From contig CATNEN010000038.1 of assembly GCA_950097015.1 (NCBI GenBank), positions 33,976,001-34,040,000 on the forward strand: a stretch of DNA of 64,000 nucleotides. The letters are read 5' to 3'. This stretch comes from Macrostomum hystrix (Eukaryota > Animalia > Platyhelminthes). Numbering within the stretch: the first letter of the stretch is position 1; every line of letters begins with the position of its first letter. This document shows, one piece after another, positions 1 to 12,132 of the stretch. The position numbers and the translations under genes are program-made. The notes under the pieces are model-generated. The model worked only from the letters and a program-made list of their open reading frames with translations, had not been told where the DNA came from and ran no database searches.

Positions 1-500
1 CACTAGTTCTCACAGCTCTCACCTCTAGTTCTCACAGCTCTCACAGCTCTCATCACTAGTTCTCACAGCTCTCTCATCTCCAGTTCTCACAGCTCTCACC
101 TCTAGTTCTCCAAGCTCTCATCACTAGTTCTCACAGCTCTCATCACTAGTTCTCACAGCTCTCATCACTAGTTCTCACAGCTCTCATCACTAGTTCTCAC
201 AGCTCTCACCTCTAGTTCTCACAGCTCTCACAGCTCTCATCACTAGTTCTCACAGCTCTCTCATCTCCAGTTCTCACAGCTCTCATCTCCAGTTCTCACA
301 GCTCTCATCTCCAGTTCTCACAGCTCTCATCTCTAGTTCTCACAGCTCTCATCTCTAGTTCTCACAGCTCTCATCTCTAGTTCTCACAGCTCTCATCTCT
401 AGTTCTCACAGCTCTCATCTCTAGTTCACACAGCTCTCATCTCGAGTTTTGACAGCTCTCTTATCTTTAGTTCTCACAGCTCTTATCACTAGTTCTTAAA
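1..500. repeat. Minisatellite, ~22-bp unit CTAGTTCTCACAGCTCTCATC(A/T), downstream of DHTKD1; runs off window start
   Basis: Tandem copies visible directly, degenerating toward ~500. Confidence 0.95.
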
Positions 501-667
501 CCTTAAATATCTAGTTCTTACAGCTGTCATCTTACATAAGAAATCAGCAGTTAAAAACTCTAATAATAATTTTTTATGAACGTTTTGGCAACGTCAACGT
601 TGAGCACACAATTACAGAGAACCATATTGTTGTTTTTCCTCTAGCCTCTGAGGCAACAAAATATCTA

Positions 668-3600
668 TTAACGAAACGCGTCCAGCATGAGCTGCTCAAC
701 CTCGGCCCGGTGCAGCGAACCAATGCCAACCGCTGGGGCGGCCAGTTCCTTCCTGCCGGCGTAGCACAGGCCGGTCAAGCCTAGCTGATTTCGCAGCCGA
801 GCCTCTACAAAGGACCAGGCGCCCATATTTCTGGGCTCCTCCTGGCTCCAAACAATCTGTCTGGCGCTCGGATACCTGGCTAATTGAGCGTGAACATCGT
901 GCAGAGGAAACGGTGACAATTGTTCAAGCCGGATGATGGCCGTATCTGATATGCTCTTTGATTTTCGATATTCATCCAGAGCGTAATAGTGCTTGCCGGA
1001 GCATAGGATCACGCGAGCCACTTTGCTGTCCGAGATCTGAAATAAAGACATTTTTAACCTTAGCATTTTTTTCAACAGATCAATTAAATTAGCGGCGAAT
1101 ATACATTCGGGGAAAGGAAGTAGGCGAAAAGTGTACAATTCTAGGTGGAAGGAATTTAGCGGTGAGTCTACATTTGAGGGGGGCAAGGAAGTTAGCGGCG
1201 AGTGTACATTTGAGGGGGTAGGGAATTTAGCTGTGAGTGTACATTTGAGGGGGGCAAGGAAGTTAGCGGCGAGTGTACATTTGAGGGGGTAGGGAATTTA
1301 GCTGTGAATGCACATTTGAGGGGGGCAAGGAAGTTAGCGGCGAGTGTACATTTGAGGGGGTAGGGAATTTAGCTGTGAGTGTACATTTGAGGGGAGCAAA
1401 GAAGTTAGCGGTGAGTGTAAATTTTAGGGGCTGGGAAAGTTCTGTGAATGTACATATGAGGGGGACTTAGAGTGTACATTTGCCGGACAAGAAATTAAGC
1501 GGTTAGTGAACATTTAGGACGATAAAAATTTTGCCTCGCGTGCATATTGAGGTTAAAGACGTTAGAGGTGAGCGCAATTTGGAGGGAAGGAAGTAATCAG
1601 ATTGCGAACATTAGGAGGAGCACTAAAAACATTAGTAACTTGGGGGAGTTGTAGTCTTGTAGATTCAAAGAGTCTTATAAAACTGATTTAAACTAACTGT
1701 TTGATCCGGCAGCACGTGTTGAAAGTGCCGGCCGGGTGCCAGTTCGTCCAGGCTGGAGATAGCGGCCGGGTGACGCAACAGAGTCTTGGGGCTGACAACT
1801 ATCAGCGGCTTGCGAAAGTTGCGACCAATTATTTGGCGACGGAGTAGGTGAAAGTATTGTGCCGGAGTGGTTGGATTGACGACCTTGGTGTAAAGAGTCA
1901 GGGTGAGAAATGGATGAGATCACAGTAGGAAATAAACGAGAATCACAGTAGAAAATAAACGAGAATCACAGTAGAAAATAAATGAGAACCACAGTAACAA
2001 ATGGATGAGAATGATAGTGACAAATGGATGAGAATCAGAGTAAGAAATGGATAAGAATCAGGGGTGAGAAAATGGATGAGAATGATAGTGACAAATGGAT
2101 GAGAATGATAGTGAGAAATGGATGAGAATCAGAGTAAGAAATGGATGAGAATCAGAGTGAGAAATGGATAAGAATCAGGGGTGAGAAATGGATGAGAACC
2201 ACAGTAACAAATGGATGAGAATGATAGTGAGAAATGGATGAGAATGATAGTGAGAAATGGATGAGAATCAGAGTAAGAAATGGATGAGAATCAGAGTGAG
2301 AAATGGATAAGAATCAGGGGTGAGAAATGGATGAGAATCAGAGTAAGAAATGGATGAGAATGATAGTGAGAAATGGATGAGAATCAGAGTAAGAAATGGA
2401 TGAGAATCAGAGTGAGAAATGGATAAGAATCAGGGGTGAGAAATGGATGAGAATCAGAGTAAGAAATGGATGAGAATCAGGGGTGAGAAATGGATGAGAA
2501 TCAGAGTGAGAAATGGATAAGAATCAGAGTGAGAAATGGATGAGAATCAGAGTGAGAAATGGATGAGAATCAGAGTGAGAAATGGATGAGAATCAGAGTA
2601 AGAAATGGATGAGAATCAGAGTGAGAAATGGATGAGAATCAGAGTTGAGAAATGGATGAGAATCAGGGGTGAGAATTTCGTTAAAAATGAAGTGACTGGG
2701 GGTAAAACTTTAGAAAAGATTTGCACTTCATACCTGCATATTGACCATATCAGTGTCCGGCTGAGTCTCGCTAGAGTCAGTCAGCTGTAGCCAGCGTTCC
2801 AGACGACAGCTGGAGTGTTCGGGTCCCGCCCCATCGTAGCCGTGCGGCAGAAGCAGCACCAGGCCATTCTGGTGGCCCCACTTGGCCTCGGATGAGCCAA
2901 TGTAAGTGTCTATAATGATTTGGGCGCCATTGAAGAAGTCGCCAAATTGCGCCTCCCAGATGCAGAGCCGGTCCGGCTGATCCATAGCCATGCCGAACTC
3001 GAATCCTATCACGGCCTCCTCAGATAGGATACTATTGGCTATCTCTAGGCGACCGCTAGCTCCGGCCAGTCGATTTAGTGGGACATCGATGCAGCCACGC
3101 TGCTGATCAACCAGCATAGCGTGCCTTTGACTGAAGGTTCCCCGGCCAACATCCTGGCCGCTGATGCGACAGTGCTTACCCTGCAGCATCAGGGATCCGA
3201 TAGCCAGGCACTCGGCTGTCGCCCAATCCATTCCAGTTGCTAGGCGCTCTAGTCGCTTAGCAACGTGCGCTTTAATCAGAGTTGGATGCAATTGAAAAGT
3301 CGAATCAGCGGTTGCCACGGATGCCTCAGCGACTCGCTTCAACTGTTCAGTGTCAAAGCCGGTGTCCCAGACTGTTAGTCGCCTCTCTGGCGGTGCGACG
3401 TTGCCCCAATCGCCTCTGCGAACGTAGCGCTCGATTTTAACAGATTCGGTTTGTGCTAATTGGTCCGACAGGTGCTGGCGCCATTGGGCGCAGGAGGCGG
3501 CTACTTGGGATTGCTGATCCGAGTCTAGGACGGAGACAAACCTGGGTGGATGATGCAGGGTGAATACAGTTAGAAATGGGACCAAAATGGGAGTAATCCG

Positions 3601-6600
3601 TAAGTTCAAATTCAGGGTGTTGTAGAACTTAGACTCGAACTCTCGACGTTTTGAGTTACCTAACCAAGTGCTTTAAAAAGATATTAAATAAACTCACTTA
3701 TCCGTAGTAGACTGACGAGATCTAATCGCTTTGTACATTATCGGCTGGGTGAAGCTTGGCTCGTCAAGCTCATTGTGACCCCAGCGTCGATAGCAAACCA
3801 GATTAATAAACACATCGCGACGAAACTCCTGTCGATAGTCTATGGCCAAACTAGCCGCGCGATAAACCTCCACAGGATTGTCGGCATTGACATGAATAAC
3901 TGGCACAGCTAGACTCTTGCCAACGTCTGTGCAATAACGGAAACTCGAGCCACGATCCGACGGTGTGGTGTAGCCAACCTGAGTTGAAATGTAAATATTT
4001 CTAATGCCAATTCAAGGGTCAGACTAGATACTGATGATGAGACTAGATACTGAGGGTGAGACTAGATACTGAGGGTGAGACTAGATACTGATGATGATAC
4101 TAGATACTGAGGGTGAGACTAGATACTGATGATGAGACTAGATACTGAGGGTGAGACTAGATACTGAGGGTCAGACTAGATACTGATGATGAGACTAGAT
4201 ACTGAGGGTGAGACTAGATACTGAGGGTGTGACTAGATACTGATGATGAGACTAGATACTGAGGGTGAGACTAGATACTGAGGGTGTGACTAGATACTGA
4301 TGATGAGACTAGATACTGAGGGTGAGACTAGATACTGAGGGTGAGACTAGATACTGAGGGTGTGACTAGATACTGATGATGATACTAGATACTGAGGGTG
4401 AGACTAGATACTGAGGGTGAGACTAGATACTGATGATGATACTAGATACTGATGATGAGACTAGATACTGATGATGAGACTAGATACTGAGGGTGAGACT
4501 AGATACTGATGATGAGACTAGATACTGATGATGAGACTAGATACTGATGATGAGACTAGATACTGATGATGAGACTAGATACTGTTGGGGAGACTTGATA
4601 CTGATGATGATACTAGATACTGATGATGAGACTAGATACTGATGATGAGACTAGATACTGATGATGAGACTAGATACTGATGATGAGACTAGATACTGAT
4701 GATGAGACTAGATACTGAGGGTGAGACTAGATACTGAGGGTGAGATTAGATACTGAGGGTGAGACAAATATACTCAGGGTGAGATTAGATACTGAGGTTG
4801 AGACTAGATACTGAGGGTGAGACTAGATACTGAGGGTGAGACTAGATACTGATGATGAGACTAGATGCTAACGGTGAGATTAGATACTGAGGGTGAGATT
4901 ATATACTGACAGTCAGACTAGAGACTAAAGGTGGGACTTAGACAGGTTAAATATGAGATGAGACTTAGGCAGGTTAGAGATTTCAGATGAGTGATAACTA
5001 GCTAATGAGGTAGTGAGTGTGACCCAGTGCAAGGCAAGACAGACTGACCTGATTATTAACTACAATGTGAATGGTGCCGCCAATATTATAGTGTGGCACC
5101 TCGGCCATGGCCAGAGTCTCGTAGACAATGCCCTGACCGACCACTGAGGCGTCGCCGTGAATCAGTACGCAGCAAGTTTGGTCGCCATTTCTACTACTGC
5201 TGTAAGTAGCATTAGTAGTATTAGCATCGCCAGTCGATCCTTCTCGATAGTCGCCCTCGAGAAGGCGCTGCATTTTGGATCGAGTTTTTCCAACAGCCAC
5301 AGGTACACAGGCTTCCAGATGCGAAGGATTCGGTATTAAAGATACTGTCATTGTGTTATTGCCATATTTCTTCTCAACGGATTGGAAATAGTGCGAGAAT
5401 GTGTCGCCAGTGAAGCCTTCAATCTCCGTAGCATTGTCGGGAAATTCGCTTAAACCGCGCATCTTTCTAAAGTACAAATACACGGGCAAGTCTAATAGTA
5501 CTGTTAGTAGATTGTTGCGACCGCGATGCGCTATGCCGATGATCATGTTGCGTAGGCCGGCCTGGGAACAGCCCACATCCATCAGGCGTTCCATAGCAAC
5601 TAGGAGACTTTCGCAGCCTTCTCCGCCGTAGCGTTTCACTGAGCCAAATTTTGCGCCGAGAAATTCGTCAACTATTTGAGATTTGGACATGATTTCAGCC
5701 ATGCGGACCAGTTCGTCTCTGCGGGATTTCAGCATCGGGATTGGATCCACTTCAATATTCTATATTCTTTACCGATCTTGAAATTTATCTGCTCAACACA
5801 ATGAAAAAAGTACGACTGAATAATCAGTAGATGATCGATTTATAACCCAAATGAGAGTAAGACTCAAGTGATCAGTAAATGGCTCAAATGATCAGTACAC
5901 GACTTAAGTGATTGTACATGACTAAAGTGATTAGTATATGACTCAAATGATCAGCGCATGTATCAAATGACCAGTACACGACTGAAATGGTTAGTATATG
6001 TCTGAAATGATTATTGCATGACTGAAATTATCAGTGCGTGACTTAATTGATTAGTGCATGACTCAAGTGATCAATACATGACTCAAATGATCAGTACGTG
6101 CCTCAAATGACCAGTAAATGACCCAATCGACCAATGCATGGCTCAAATGACCAGTACATGACTCAAACTACCACATGACTCAGATGATTAGTAAATGACT
6201 CATATGTTAAAAAAGAGAACGTAGAAAATTAAAAAAATGATAACTGTGATTAATAAAAAAGCAAAATTACAAATAGTATTAAAAAATACCTGGTTGGATT
6301 AATCTGCTCACGACAGGCCTCGAAGCGTTTAGCAAACCACTGTCGCTCTGACCAATCGTCCAGGTGCTCAAACTCAGCAGTCAACTGGCCACAATAGATG
6401 CCTTCCAATTGTTTAGCCAAATCACCAAGAGTAGGCGGCGGAGTAGCAGACTGGGCGGATACAAAATCTGCCGGTCTAGACTCAGTGGACAGGGCTTCCT
6501 GTTGATTTATCTGAGCCAATAGGCTGGCCAATTCGCTGTCCGGTTCGCAGACAGCCAAGCCAAGCGGATCTAGCATAGCCTGACGATGCCCGTGACGCCT

Positions 6601-6792
6601 ATATAGGTCAACTAGTCGCCTAGCAACCGGATGGCAACCAATTGTAGACAATAATATTTGACGATCATGAGCAATAGAATGCCTAACAGGTGTCGATTCT
6701 CGATGACCATAAACGTAGCCCGCTGTACGATAGTGACGCAGCGACAACGGCAACAGCTTCCCTAATCGACTACGCATTAGTAATTGAGGCAT
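668..6792 (-). CDS. DHTKD1: 2-oxoadipate dehydrogenase E1 component (DHTKD1-like). Exons 6792-6290, 5718-5049, 3978-3698, 3541-2734, 1883-1698, 1036-668
   Basis: Motifs [108 protein letters not shown]. All five introns are GT-AG with matching phase. Exon 1883-1698 was read by hand because the ORF track shows the wrong frame. Arg/Leu-rich N-terminus resembles a mitochondrial presequence. Confidence 0.93.
1140..1560. repeat. Minisatellite, alternating ~35/36-bp units (GAGTGTACATTTGAGGGGG...) in DHTKD1 intron 5
   Basis: Tandem copies with two alternating variants. Confidence 0.9.
1900..2680. repeat. Minisatellite, 22-23-bp unit GAGAAATGGATGAGAATCAGAGT in DHTKD1 intron 4
   Basis: Tandem copies visible directly. 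Confidence 0.95.
4015..4920. repeat. Minisatellite, 19-bp unit GAGACTAGATACTGA(GGGT/TGAT) in DHTKD1 intron 2
   Basis: Two interspersed unit variants. Confidence 0.95.
5810..6200. repeat. Degenerate ~20-bp minisatellite (ATGACTCAAATGATCAGTAC-like) in DHTKD1 intron 1
   Basis: Diverged tandem copies. Confidence 0.8.
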
Positions 6793-8305
6793 TCTATTTA
6801 GGAATTCTAGTATTTTTAGATGTCCTAAAACTGACTACTTACAGTAAAGTATGATGTTTCTTATAAGAAAATAAAATAAAATATTGCACAAAAATTAGGT
6901 TAGGCGCTTAAAAAATATATATATAGAAGAGCCTCGTTCAAGCTGAAATTTAGAAACAGGAGTTGAAAATTTAATTTAAATTTACGATTACGTTTCGTAA
7001 ATAAAAGTTCATAAATTATCCTTGCGACTGAGGATAAGGTCTGGATTCTAATCCTGGATTCTAATAAGGACTGGACAGTCCAGTCTCCCAGCACGACACA
7101 CGTTACTGTTATTCATCTTTCATTTTAATGAAATAACAAAACAGTACAATTTAAATCGAAGTAGCAAAAGGGACACTGAAGAACTGAAGTAAGTGTATTT
7201 TATAATAAAAACGCCGGATTTTGTTATCAAATAGAATAATTATTACATGCATTGCATATGTGTATAAATGATATACAATAAATGACACATATATAGCTAA
7301 GCAGCTAGGAAGAATAGTTAACTAGCATAAGAAGTACTGTAAGGATATATATCTGAAGACACACTTTAGTGTCAGTACGCTATATTATTTACAAAGCGAG
7401 ACTATACACTTGCAAAGTAACTATTTAAATTTTAGAATGATACACCATTAGATAATAGTATGGAGAAATGAATACGACCACAACAACTACATAGAGTCCT
7501 GACAAAAAGCAAAGAATGAAGATACCAAAATTCGCTAAGCAGTAGTAGTTTTAAATGAACTGAAAAGAGCAAAGTAGCTGCAGAAGTTTTTAAAAACAGG
7601 GAGGCATTGTTGAAAATGGTACAAGGGCTTCTAACGCATTCCAATACATTGATTGTTACAGCTATATAAAAATGAAGTAAAACCTACTGTCTACAGATCC
7701 TATTGTTTCTACTATGAGTAGTAAAAACAAGCTAAAAAGTCAGCAGAAAAGTTTAACAAAACTGATGGCAAGCAGATTACGAGAAAGCCAATTCTAAGCT
7801 ACAAAACGCAAATGTATACTCTAATTTTTTAGAGATAATTATGTGCATTACAGGACAGTATTGTGACTGCTTGCGCATTAACACGTGAATTAAAAGAGTA
7901 GTTTAAGACTTAGTGAAAATGCGAAATTGTTTATGCCATAGACACAAGAGCTTATTATTTCAAATAGAAGATAACGACATAAAAGAGATGTTTGACCATT
8001 GAATAATCTGATAAAGTTTGAGTTTACCGATTCAAAATTCGGAAAATTCTTTAATCCCTCTGACCTACAGAGTTTACCGAATCCGAAATTCGGAAAAAAA
8101 ATTATTTGCTGACCTACAGAAATGACCGAATTCGAAAATCTGAAATTCTGAAAAACTAAACTTTTTAACTTCGGATGAAAGTTATAAAGAATCTTATTTT
8201 ATACTTCAAAAAACTAATAGATAGTCCAGATAATAATTTACATAAATAATAGCTATTTGCTTTTTGATTCGTCTGAAATAATAGACAGTTTGAAATAAAT
8301 AGATT

Positions 8306-10783
8306 TCAAGACGACCCCTTCGTTGCGGTCCGTCTGCGCTGCAACACCGGCTGATTTTCGGAAACTTTTTTATTATCAACCTCTGCCGAGCTGCTCCGAG
8401 TGCTGACACGCGATTTTCTATTAGCTGGCGCTACGGCAGGGCTAGAAGTCGTATCAGTAGTAGTAGTAGTATTAGCAGCAACATTGGCGGAGCCCGAATC
8501 AGCACGACGAATTGGCGATGAAGAATCCCGTCGCGGTTTCTTCGCAGCGGTGGACGCCTCAGCTGGCTTAGAAGCTGAGCCATTCTCTTTAGGTGGCTCA
8601 ATTTTTGCTGCAGTTGCTGCCACAAACGCTTTGAATAGATGCGGAGATAACTCAGCGTCTAGTCGGCGATAGAGTGGACGACCGGAGGCGCTAATAGTAG
8701 CCACAGTGGGTACGGTAGCGGCAGGCGCCACAGGTGCAACAATAACGGAAGGCACAATTTTAACTGCAGCGACAACTGGCGGAGGCGACTGAATCTTCTG
8801 CTTCGGCTCCTGCTCTTTCACTTCTTCCGGCGTTGCCTGCTGCCTTCTTTTAAATGGATAATAAACTTTTGGATCGGAGGAAAGCGGCTTGTCTGTTGGC
8901 TGAAATCGATTGCGCTGCCTAGAAGAATCGCCTCTCCTAGAAGTTAAGAGATCAGCGCTGGAAACTTGAACAACTTGAATAGGCTGCTGCTGTTGATGCG
9001 ACAGGGCTGACAAATTTTGCGAAGATAAAGAAGATTGTTGACTATCAGATAGAGGAGGAATCACGTTGAAGTTTATGCTGATTGACGGCTCCTGATCAGT
9101 CTGAGCGTCGGCAGCAGAAGATTCCGTGGACGGCTGCTGAGGTGGTGGCGGCGTTGGCAACGACGGAGACAACTGCTGCTGCTGTGTAGCCACGATTCGC
9201 ATTGGCTTGTCGCACTTTCTCTTTCTTCGATTGTTTGTCAACTCGCTAGCAGCATTGGAAGATGACGAACAGTCTTTGTCTAGAACGGTGACGAGTAGGC
9301 TTTGTTCCTCACCCTGCTGTTGTTGCGGCTGCTGTGGCTGTTGAGCCAGAAAACCGGCCCAGTCGATTTCAGTAGGCGGCGCCGGGACAGCCGCTTTGCG
9401 TCGCTGCAGTTTCGGCGGTGTCGGCACCTTAGCAGCTGCAACAGCCGGGTTAGAAATTTTGTCCGGAGAAGGCAGTAGCGGAGTTGTAGGCGACACTGTA
9501 TGCTTCGGCCTTGTAGATTCATTGCCATTCACTGATTGAGCCGTTGAAGGCCCAGCTGCTGTTACTGGAAGCCTGAGTGCGAGTTTGCTCAGGTGCACTA
9601 AGGGATGCTGCTGCTGATGCTGCTGGGCTGGCGTCGGATTTTGCTGCAGAGGGGCTTGAATTGCGTCGCCCGGAGCAGTCAAAGTTCGAATGCCGTGACG
9701 ATAAATATTTTCGCCAGTTGGAGGTTCTGCCACCGCTGCCGCTGCTGGTGGCGGCACAGAGTCTTGCAGTTTGCGATAATAGCGCGAATTAGGCGCATTC
9801 CTACTGATTGGCGCCGTCTGCTGAGAGCGAGTGGCCTGAATCAACAATTTCTGCTGCTGCTGCTGAATTTGTCTCTGCTGCTGTTTCTGACTGCGCTGCA
9901 AAGCAGCCTCAGCTGCTAAATCAACTATGGGAGTTTCATGAACCACATTTAGAACATTGACACCTGGCTGACTGCTGCTGATGCTTATACTGCCACTACT
10001 AGTCTCCGGCTGTTTTGACGTCGACGGTGGAATTGGCTGTTGGAAAAAGTTCGCCTCCATTGGCATAACAACCGGCGGCGTTGGCGGCGCATCTTGATGA
10101 CTGTCGAATTCCGCTTCGCTGCAAGCGCAAGCTGATACTTCAATACAGGCGTCAACTTGGGTGTGCTGCGATTCTGAGTCAGTTGATACAGCTTCGTCGC
10201 AGAAACTCGTGGATGTGCTATTGTTGCTTTGAAATATGCTAGATTTACTTTTAGCATCAGTTTTGCTAACGGTATTGTTGGGCTTTGCCATAACAGCAGC
10301 TGCTGCTGTGGAACTGGGAGTGTTTTTAGCAGCTTTAGTCGGTGACTTGGGTGAGTTCTCACCTTTGTTAGATTTAGTAGGCACAGGTGCACTATTAGAA
10401 TCTGTTGCTTTCTGCTCCAGTTCCAGGTGCCTCAAGTCGCCAGCTGGATGACGCCGCTTACTATTGCGGGTGTTAGCAACAGCAGCAGCCACTGAGAGCT
10501 TTGGCTTTGAGATGATTGGTGGAGTCACTGTTGTGTTTCTACTAGACCTGGGCAAGACCTGCCAGGGTGCATTTGTTTTGAGCTTTGCAGCAACTATTGG
10601 CTTCTTTTCTGCTTGCCTAGGCTTGCCACTGCTGGTAGGCACCTTATCTGCCTGGATCTTTGCCTGGGATGCCTGCTTCTTATTGATCTTCTTAGTGGCT
10701 GCAACAGGCCCATCCAGTTTGACTGGAGGTGCAACACTTCCACTACTGCGTAGTTGGCGATGGCTTTTGTTGTTGTTTTTCAT
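8306..10783 (-). CDS. 825-aa low-complexity (K/S/P/Q/A-rich), probably disordered nuclear protein; single coding exon
   Basis: 2.5-kb uninterrupted ORF, more GC-rich than its flanks; acceptor TTTTTCAG near 10868 upstream of the ATG; basic NLS-like patches; no globular domain recognised. Confidence 0.75.
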   Translation of the reverse strand: MKNNNKSHRQLRSSGSVAPPVKLDGPVAATKKINKKQASQAKIQADKVPTSSGKPRQAEKKPIVAAKLKTNAPWQVLPRSSRNTTVTPPIISKPKLSVAAAVANTRNSKRRHPAGDLRHLELEQKATDSNSAPVPTKSNKGENSPKSPTKAAKNTPSSTAAAAVMAKPNNTVSKTDAKSKSSIFQSNNSTSTSFCDEAVSTDSESQHTQVDACIEVSACACSEAEFDSHQDAPPTPPVVMPMEANFFQQPIPPSTSKQPETSSGSISISSSQPGVNVLNVVHETPIVDLAAEAALQRSQKQQQRQIQQQQQKLLIQATRSQQTAPISRNAPNSRYYRKLQDSVPPPAAAAVAEPPTGENIYRHGIRTLTAPGDAIQAPLQQNPTPAQQHQQQHPLVHLSKLALRLPVTAAGPSTAQSVNGNESTRPKHTVSPTTPLLPSPDKISNPAVAAAKVPTPPKLQRRKAAVPAPPTEIDWAGFLAQQPQQPQQQQGEEQSLLVTVLDKDCSSSSNAASELTNNRRKRKCDKPMRIVATQQQQLSPSLPTPPPPQQPSTESSAADAQTDQEPSISINFNVIPPLSDSQQSSLSSQNLSALSHQQQQPIQVVQVSSADLLTSRRGDSSRQRNRFQPTDKPLSSDPKVYYPFKRRQQATPEEVKEQEPKQKIQSPPPVVAAVKIVPSVIVAPVAPAATVPTVATISASGRPLYRRLDAELSPHLFKAFVAATAAKIEPPKENGSASKPAEASTAAKKPRRDSSSPIRRADSGSANVAANTTTTTDTTSSPAVAPANRKSRVSTRSSSAEVDNKKVSENQPVLQRRRTATKGSS

Positions 10784-11473
10784 GCTGTTTTTTCTTGAGC
10801 TAGGTCAGTCACAAGTGCAGGAGAAAATTGTTTTTTGCCCTTTGTTAGTTGGCAGTTTAGCTTAGATCTGAAAAAATCAGTGCATAGGACATTTTATAGC
10901 TAACTTTATGACTTTATGCAAAGCTAATAGAAAAAAGTTATTTAGTTTACCCAAACAGAAATTGCATTGAACATATCTAGGAACTTCCAGATTTTAAAGA
11001 GAGCTAACAAAAATTATCACATGGCAATATAGTTTTAATGGTATCTAGTTGTTTGGAATAATATGACAGTGATATATTTCTACTTTTGGTATTTGTAATT
11101 AGTATCATTTTAGCATTCAATTCAAATAAACACAAGATTATTTATAACATTATAATAACAATTTGAAAATGTATAAATTGGCATCAGTAGTTAAGCCAAT
11201 TTTTGCCATTCCACAGTTGTATTAAATTAATATAATAATAAACTAAATTTTAAAATACAAAATACTACCAAAACAACTGTTAGCATTGAGTCCTCCAATT
11301 ATATTTAGCATGCCAGGTTTTCTATATTTTTGGCATATAGATATAATCTAACTACTACAAGGCACTAACCAATCACAAAACTAGAACTAACGATTAAAAT
11401 AAAACTAAGTACTTGACCTTAGCCTCAAGCCATTACATTAGGCCCTAACCTAAGTAAAAAATATAACATAGCG

Positions 11474-12132
11474 CCATAGTCCGGATCATGCTGGACTTAC
11501 GCCGGAGAAAAAATCCAACATTTTTTGGCACTTACGCCAGACTTACGCCAACCAAAAAAAGGTCCCTCTGACTTACGCCACCCAAAAAAGGTCCTTCACA
11601 ATTCTTGTTAATCCATGTCTCTTTATCGGCCTCCTTGCTTGCTGCCCTTGACTATTACATGGATGTCTATCTCACTCTAACCAGCATGTAATAGAATAGA
11701 TGATTCACAATTAATCTGTGATTAATTAAATTCAGAAGTTGCAACTGTTTAAAAATCTCACAAGTTGCAAATTCTGAATCAAGTATCAAAGTAAGCATCT
11801 TAAAGCTAAAAAAACTTTTGCTATCCTACAATAGATATTCTGCTATCTCATTTATATGAACTGCAATATTTTAATGAACTTTGTTTTAATGCTGCTCCTT
11901 AACATCATAATTAATGCAAATGTGTTATGTTCTATAGTGATACATTTGATCGTGAATGATCTCATTTGTGCTAACATTTACGCCACTTGATTTATGCCAT
12001 GTACTTACGCCAAGCACTTACGCCAAGGCACATTTTGGCCTATACTTACGCCAAGCACTTACACCAGCCTCCAATCCCAAACCAGATTTACGCCGGAGAT
12101 CTCCGGCGTAAACGACATGATCTCGACTATGG
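11474..12132. mobile_element. Non-autonomous DNA transposon (MITE) with imperfect TIRs CCATAGTC(CG/GA)GATCATG...TTACGCCGGAGA
   Basis: ~30-bp imperfect inverted termini and many subterminal CTTACGCC motifs; no clean TSD seen. Confidence 0.7.

Noticed and set aside
4015-4920. CTGATGATGA in the 19-bp repeat resembling C/D boxes or a hammerhead core
   Set aside because: No GAAA or stems; antisense to the host gene; simply a repeat variant
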